DNA of 64,000 nt from Amphiscolops sp. MND2022 (taxonomy: Eukaryota), in contig OZ076412.1 in the NCBI GenBank assembly GCA_964187785.1, positions 23,064,001 to 23,128,000 on the forward strand, given 5' to 3'. The notes beneath the pieces were generated by a model. It had not been told where the DNA came from. It saw only the letters and a list, made by a program, of their open reading frames with translations, and did no database searches. This document shows, in pieces, positions 60,601 through 64,000 of this stretch. A program made the position numbers and the translations under genes. Within the stretch, counting starts at the first letter, position 1; each line of letters opens with the position of its first letter.

Positions 60601-61812
60601 TTCACCTCGACATGCATTGAGTGTGGGAATGTTGGATTTGTTGCTCGATCCACAAACAGGGATGTTGAATGATGAATTGAGCAAATACGTAGTGGCACTG
60701 CTATATTTTTTGTTCACTCCTACGAAACTCCTTGAGGAGATAATCAGGCAACTTCCAGCACCATTTGTTTAACAAGAAAAATTTACGGATTATTTAAAAC
60801 TAAAAATGCCTCCAAAGATTTGAAAACTAGTTCATGCATTTATGGCATATTCGGATTGAAATTGGCAACTCAAAAATGTTTCCGTTGCCTTCTTCCTGAC
60901 CAGACATGATTCAATCTGGTAATAACGTTAATAATACGGATATAGAGCATTTCCAAAATATTTGTTCATTACAATACATATTCGAAATCCTCCCCCGGCC
61001 GTCAAGATGTGATGTATTTCGGATATAGCTTAGAAAATAGCATATTGTTTCGTTAGGTACGTATTGTTAGAAAACTATTAGTATAGTTCGTTTTGCAACC
61101 GTAAGTTTCCCGCCGCAGCGGGAATCGAACCCACCTATTGTTGCGTCTAAACCACGCACCCTTACCACTATATTTTCCAGCTATTCAGTAGTTTTAGAAA
61201 AAAATGTTTTTAAAAATGAAACGCTTCTAAATTTGAGTTTTTTAGATTATCTAAAAACGCCTCTAAAAAGCAAAGTAAATCATTGAAATCAACCAGTTTC
61301 AATTCCCAGTGGAAACTATTTGAAACAAGAACGCGTATGTAAAACAATGTCCAGATTCATAAATTCATAGAAGTTTCACAGGAAAGTCTGTAACTGTTTT
61401 AATTTTTTCGGATCGTATGAACGACAAGCCACCAAGTTGAACCTCCGAAAAAACAGGCCCCAAGTTTCACTTCCTGAACAAAAGGCTCAAGCATAATGAG
61501 GGATTGTCATACATAAGATCCAATGTTTCTCCTAAAAGTGGATAGAAAAAAACGAAATTTTCAGTGCATGAAAATGAATTGCCGAACTAATCAGTGCCGA
61601 ACTAATCAATGCCGAACTAATCAGTGCACGAAAGATGAATTTTGCATCATCAACTTCCCTCGACAGAAATAGAAGCCAAAGGTGATGTCTTGGAATCGAT
61701 CAACCAGAAGCTAAATTATTTCGAAGATGCTGATTTGAAGAAAAATATTCGAACTATGGCGACATCTTGTATGGAACACATCGTCTTCGCAGATGCAGAC
61801 GAATCGAAATGA
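33675..61812 (+). CDS. NUP133: Nucleoporin Nup133 (about 1,094 aa, 16 main exons plus up to 3 microexons)
   Basis: All-GT-AG model: 33675-34236, 34557-34899, 51241-51367, 51589-51772, 52401-52577, 52738-52751, 53059-53189, 53416-53423, 53539-53670, 54057-54215, 54535-54778, 55152-55290, 56153-56331, 58475-58605, 59236-59459, 59801-59990, 60441-60620, 60904-60918, 61667-61812 (3,285 nt, in frame). Motifs STFGGLLP, GYLRYWKTL, LAEKFLDFETLISIC, KKRVLMAFAKM and PVLDAKQLI match remembered vertebrate Nup133 in colinear order. The exon 1/2 junction and the microexons are less certain. Confidence 0.88.
35613..35801 (+). repeat. Left TIR with about three internal ~49-bp subrepeats
   Basis: AGTAGTAAAGGAAGGGGGGGTTTATGAACG... 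with repeated GCACGTTTTGGGCTCCCAA..GAAAA.TTTCTAAGATAGA.TTCTTAT. Confidence 0.93.
36211..36605 (+). mobile_element. Dispersed non-autonomous repeat (Helentron/HINE-like by inference); other copies at about 35185-35335, 50425-50790, 56415-56840, 57745-57972 and 62290-62680
   Basis: Shared end TTTTAGTCGGCGCTTTT...CCCGACTATTACAGTCACT (AGTCGG/CCGACT hairpin) and GGGTCCCCCTTT and TCGGCACTGTG motifs. Confidence 0.65.
36680..37621. repeat. ~84-bp minisatellite, about 11 diverged copies
   Basis: Recurrent TATGGTACTGTATATTGAAAGATAGATCGAA...CCTATACG..GTGTTCAT.GAATCTTAGCTACTTTAG. Confidence 0.9.
38030..38647 (+). pseudogene. TK1: Thymidine kinase (TK1 family), two exons, degenerate
   Basis: Exon 1 38030-38273 (MFSGKTTELLKRVKRY, KYAGDLRY, SHD). 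GT-AG intron 38274-38337. Exon 2 38338-38647 (GIDEGQFF, AICGMC, IGGENDF..LCRKC). Frameshift in an A run at about 38454-38457, P-loop GPMFSGK changed to SAMFSGK and ALDG to ALIG. Confidence 0.88.
39041..41241. repeat. Diverged tandem duplication of a ~1.1-kb unit
   Basis: 39041-40130 and 40131-41241 are colinear from GCAGAAA...CCGTTACAATACTTGAGCG to AATCACTGGGGTCACAC, with scattered substitutions and indels. Confidence 0.92.
41479..41714. mobile_element. MITE with TA target duplication (Tc1/mariner-type)
   Basis: TA|CAGCTGTTCAAAT ... ATTTGAACAGCTA|TA, with an internal perfect 28-bp inverted repeat. Confidence 0.7.
41724..41868. repeat. 29-bp GC-rich minisatellite, 5 copies
   Basis: Unit GCCGACCGCAGCGATCCGGGTTTCCACTC. 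Confidence 0.92.
42613..46695. repeat. ~338-bp satellite, about 12 copies, with a 689-bp dimeric higher-order repeat
   Basis: Marker CCCCCTATACAGGA recurs every 336-349 bp. Two monomer variants alternate with a 689-bp period in about 42960-45010. Confidence 0.95.
47081..47593 (-). CDS. Orphan 170-aa ORF with acidic tail and KRPRK basic C-terminus (copy 1)
   Basis: Open ORF inside the Maverick-type element. No family recognised. Confidence 0.5.
   Translation of the reverse strand: MKFQVKSLKMFKRDSYFHLFFSRSLQKVKVGNIYSLSREFLSNLGEHDVFRVSTNIYNVDLVSKKAVYYTLKAFKFNQDKDRMEKKFHLSIHHCGLVLKYRSWLESHGEDEAREVLGQVGETASVEEKAEQEKQEAQTAEEVQQGEATDEDDQALVVFKAPKRPRKTSQL
48779..49291 (-). CDS. Orphan 170-aa ORF (copy 2, identical translation)
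   Basis: Second copy produced by the 1,698-bp duplication. Confidence 0.5.
   Translation of the reverse strand: MKFQVKSLKMFKRDSYFHLFFSRSLQKVKVGNIYSLSREFLSNLGEHDVFRVSTNIYNVDLVSKKAVYYTLKAFKFNQDKDRMEKKFHLSIHHCGLVLKYRSWLESHGEDEAREVLGQVGETASVEEKAEQEKQEAQTAEEVQQGEATDEDDQALVVFKAPKRPRKTSQL
49416..49960 (-). pseudogene. Disrupted orphan ORF upstream of the 170-aa ORF
   Basis: Open frame 49416-49742 continues upstream through a frameshift/stop near 49760 (...SFVQMDQSNFLFVNW/NGRELTVVENTDKMQIT...). Confidence 0.35.
50224..50410 (-). repeat. Right TIR
   Basis: Reverse complement of 35613-35801. Confidence 0.93.
52849..53017. mobile_element. Small pogo/Tc1-like MITE remnant
   Basis: TTATAACGA inverted subterminal motifs, end TACACTCAACTCCGCTTATAACG on the minus strand, and repeated CGTTATA. 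Confidence 0.45.
56415..57972. repeat. Long foldback: ~280-bp inverted arms around ~800 bp
   Basis: 56415-56640 plus 56835-56887 match the reverse complement of 57697-57972, including GAGACGTTCCCGTCTTGTTTCT. Confidence 0.85.
61100..61181 (-). mobile_element. tRNA-derived SINE head
   Basis: Minus strand has an A-box-like TAGTGGTAAGG and a B-box GGTTCGATTCCC, but no proper cloverleaf. Confidence 0.45.
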
Positions 61813-63256
61813 AAAATATTTTTGGTCTTATTGCATACGTTTATCATTATTTTTTGTGTGATCTGTACTTTAGTTTGTTGTGAAGATTAATTCATTGTTT
61901 TTTCAAAAAATGCTTGTTTTAGTTTCTTAATTGGGTAAATAGTGATAGTTTTCACGTAAGTTTTGATGAGTTTCGGCAGTTTTCTTTCGACCTAAGTTAA
62001 CCGAGTTACTTGAAATGCATTCTACTTATTTGGCGTTAAAAGTTTTGAAACTTTTATCTGAGTTTTGATCTTTGTTGGACAGATGAAAGCTGGAATATTA
62101 TTAACAAGCTGGGAACGGCATAAGTGGGCGCCATATCTATGGCTCAAAAATAGCAAAAGGACTGTTGACCACTTACTCTGTTTGACTAGAATACGGTTCG
62201 TTCTCGTTTTACGGAAAATACACTTTACACTTGATGATAAAATCCACTTTTGCGGCATATGTAGCGTAATGGACATGAAAGTGTCAAAAAACTCAAAGTA
62301 TCAAACTCACGCAAAACCCAAACGACGGATTTTCCAAAAAAGTCTCAAAAAGCCCAAAAAAACTAAAAGGGGGACCCTTTTGGATTTTTCAACATCCATT
62401 CTGTTGCAAAACCGAAAAATTGAAGGAGGGACCCTTTGGGGAAATTTTTTTTGAAAAAGTCTCAATGCCGAAAAAAACTGAAAGGGGGGACTCTTTAGTC
62501 TCTCCCGGTATGGTGTTACGCGGAAAAAGAGGAAAAACCTTTTTGGTTCAGTTCGCTTGGCCAAATGATTCAATTTGGGACCATAAAATTTTGTAGAACT
62601 ATTTTGGTCAGTTCGTTTGGATTGAAAAAAAGAGTCACTATAATAGTCGCGTTTCACTTCATGAAGCGCCGACTAAAAATCTGAGCAGTAGTTTTTGCTC
62701 AGACAAGAATATCGTGACTGGTGTTCAGTCCTGCTCAAGAAAACGAGCGAAACTATTATTCTTATAATAAAAGGTGTCGATTAGTTACTTGACTCTAATC
62801 GTTCGCTGAAAGTTTGGGCTGCATTTAAAAGGTCGTTGGCGCTATTTCATGTTCAGATGCAGATCTTTATTCTCTCCTATCCAGCAACAAAGCTGATGCT
62901 CCAAAATTTGGATGCTTTCAGTGAAACTTAACAACAGCTAGCTCTGCTATATTTCGGAAATTGGGACTTTCGAGAAATCTGTCTGCACTTCGAAGGATTA
63001 CCTGTGGATATTGTCAGAAAGTTTTTATGATTTTATTTTCAAAAAATGAAGGAATATAAATAGAACGTTTCATAATAACTTCAATTGGTTGATAGATTTT
63101 TGAAAACCGGTTTTTGAAGAGTTTTAATTTGAAGACTTCCGGGCTCGTAAATGGAGGAGTCAACTGGACTCTGGATCTTCAATGTTGTGATTGTTTTCAG
63201 ACCTATTTGTTGCTCGCCTTTCCGCGACCTCTTGTTGAACACGCATCTAAATCACA

Positions 63257-64000
63257 ATGTCTGAAGTGTCTGAACTTGCCTGTGTGTACGCCTCTCTGAT
63301 CCTGCAAGACGAGGGTCTCGAGATCTCAGCCACCAACATTAACAAGCTTATCAAGGCGGCAGAGGTCAACGTCGAACCCATTTGGCCCACCCTCTTCGCC
63401 AAGAACATCTCGGGAGACACAATTGCTTCATTGCTGTCCAACGTCGGATCAGGTCAGTGGAATTGAAATGCGATTGGGCAGTAACATTGATAACAAATAC
63501 CTCAGATAATGTTTTTTCATAGAAATTAGACCATTTCAAAAATTTCAGAATACTTTTTGGGCTCCTGGGGACTTTATTTTAATTTATTTTCAATTCTTGG
63601 TTTCTCTAATCAAGGGACACCCAATAATGTCGCCTTTTTCGTGCTGAAGGGTTCATTTTCTTCGAAACAGCCTTGTCAGTCTACAAATCTTGAGAGCGCA
63701 GTTTTCCATTTTCAGATGACGAGGTGCAATGGCACTGCAATGTTTTGCTTTTTTTCGGCATTTTAAGTACCTAAAAACGATTTTTCGATCAATTCAATCA
63801 ATCATAAGTACGAATCAGAATGAAAAGATGAAAGCGGTGTTGAAATTTGAACTGTTTTTGTGTTGCAGGTGCGGCAGTAGCAGCCGGTGCAGCGGCCCCC
63901 GCAGCTGGAGGAGGAGCAGCCGCAGCTGCTGCCCCCGCGGAAGAGAAGAAAGAGGAAAAGAAGGAAGAGCCAGAAGAGGAATCCGACGACGACATGGGTT
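63257..64000 (+). CDS. RPLP1: 60S acidic ribosomal protein P1 (3' end just outside the window)
   Basis: Exon 63257-63452 (MSEVSELACVYASLIL..VEPIWPTLFAK), GT-AG intron 63453-63868, exon from 63869 with an Ala-rich hinge and EEKKEE..EEESDDDMG. Confidence 0.96.

Noticed and set aside
60660-60665. GG donor (CAG|GGATGT) for the penultimate Nup133 exon, and a GC donor at 34206 for exon 1
   Set aside because: Canonical GT alternatives (60621 and 34237) keep the frame. For 60621 the resulting length also fits the homologue better. Not excluded without cDNA.
61100-61181. Possible tRNA gene
   Set aside because: A and B boxes are present, but the acceptor stem and anticodon loop do not fold canonically. 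Treated as a SINE head.
63247-63995. Minus-strand ORFs at 63247-63441 and 63798-63995
   Set aside because: Antisense shadows of the RPLP1 exons.

Overview
Repeat-rich, AT-rich animal (invertebrate-type) genomic DNA; I cannot name the species. Bases 1-33.2 kb are nested transposon debris: a minus-strand Ty3/Gypsy element (gag, pol and an antisense ORF), several BEL/Pao remnants with LTRs, two APE-type LINEs, an RLE-type non-LTR remnant, a MULE deletion derivative, MITEs and a 200-N gap. Bases 33.7-61.8 kb hold an in-frame, roughly 1,090-aa Nup133 gene, and RPLP1 starts at 63.26 kb and runs off the window. The main finding is in Nup133 intron 2: a 14,798-bp element (35613-50410) with ~190-bp terminal inverted repeats starting AGTAGT and a perfect 6-bp target-site duplication (ACTATT). 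These are Polinton/Maverick hallmarks. I could recognise no polymerase, integrase or capsid gene inside it. It carries an intron-containing, decayed thymidine kinase gene, orphan ORFs and several tandem/satellite arrays, so it looks like a non-autonomous, cargo-carrying Maverick. Nup133 also appears to need 8-15 nt microexons (or non-canonical donors) to stay in frame. All alignments were done by eye and from remembered family motifs.
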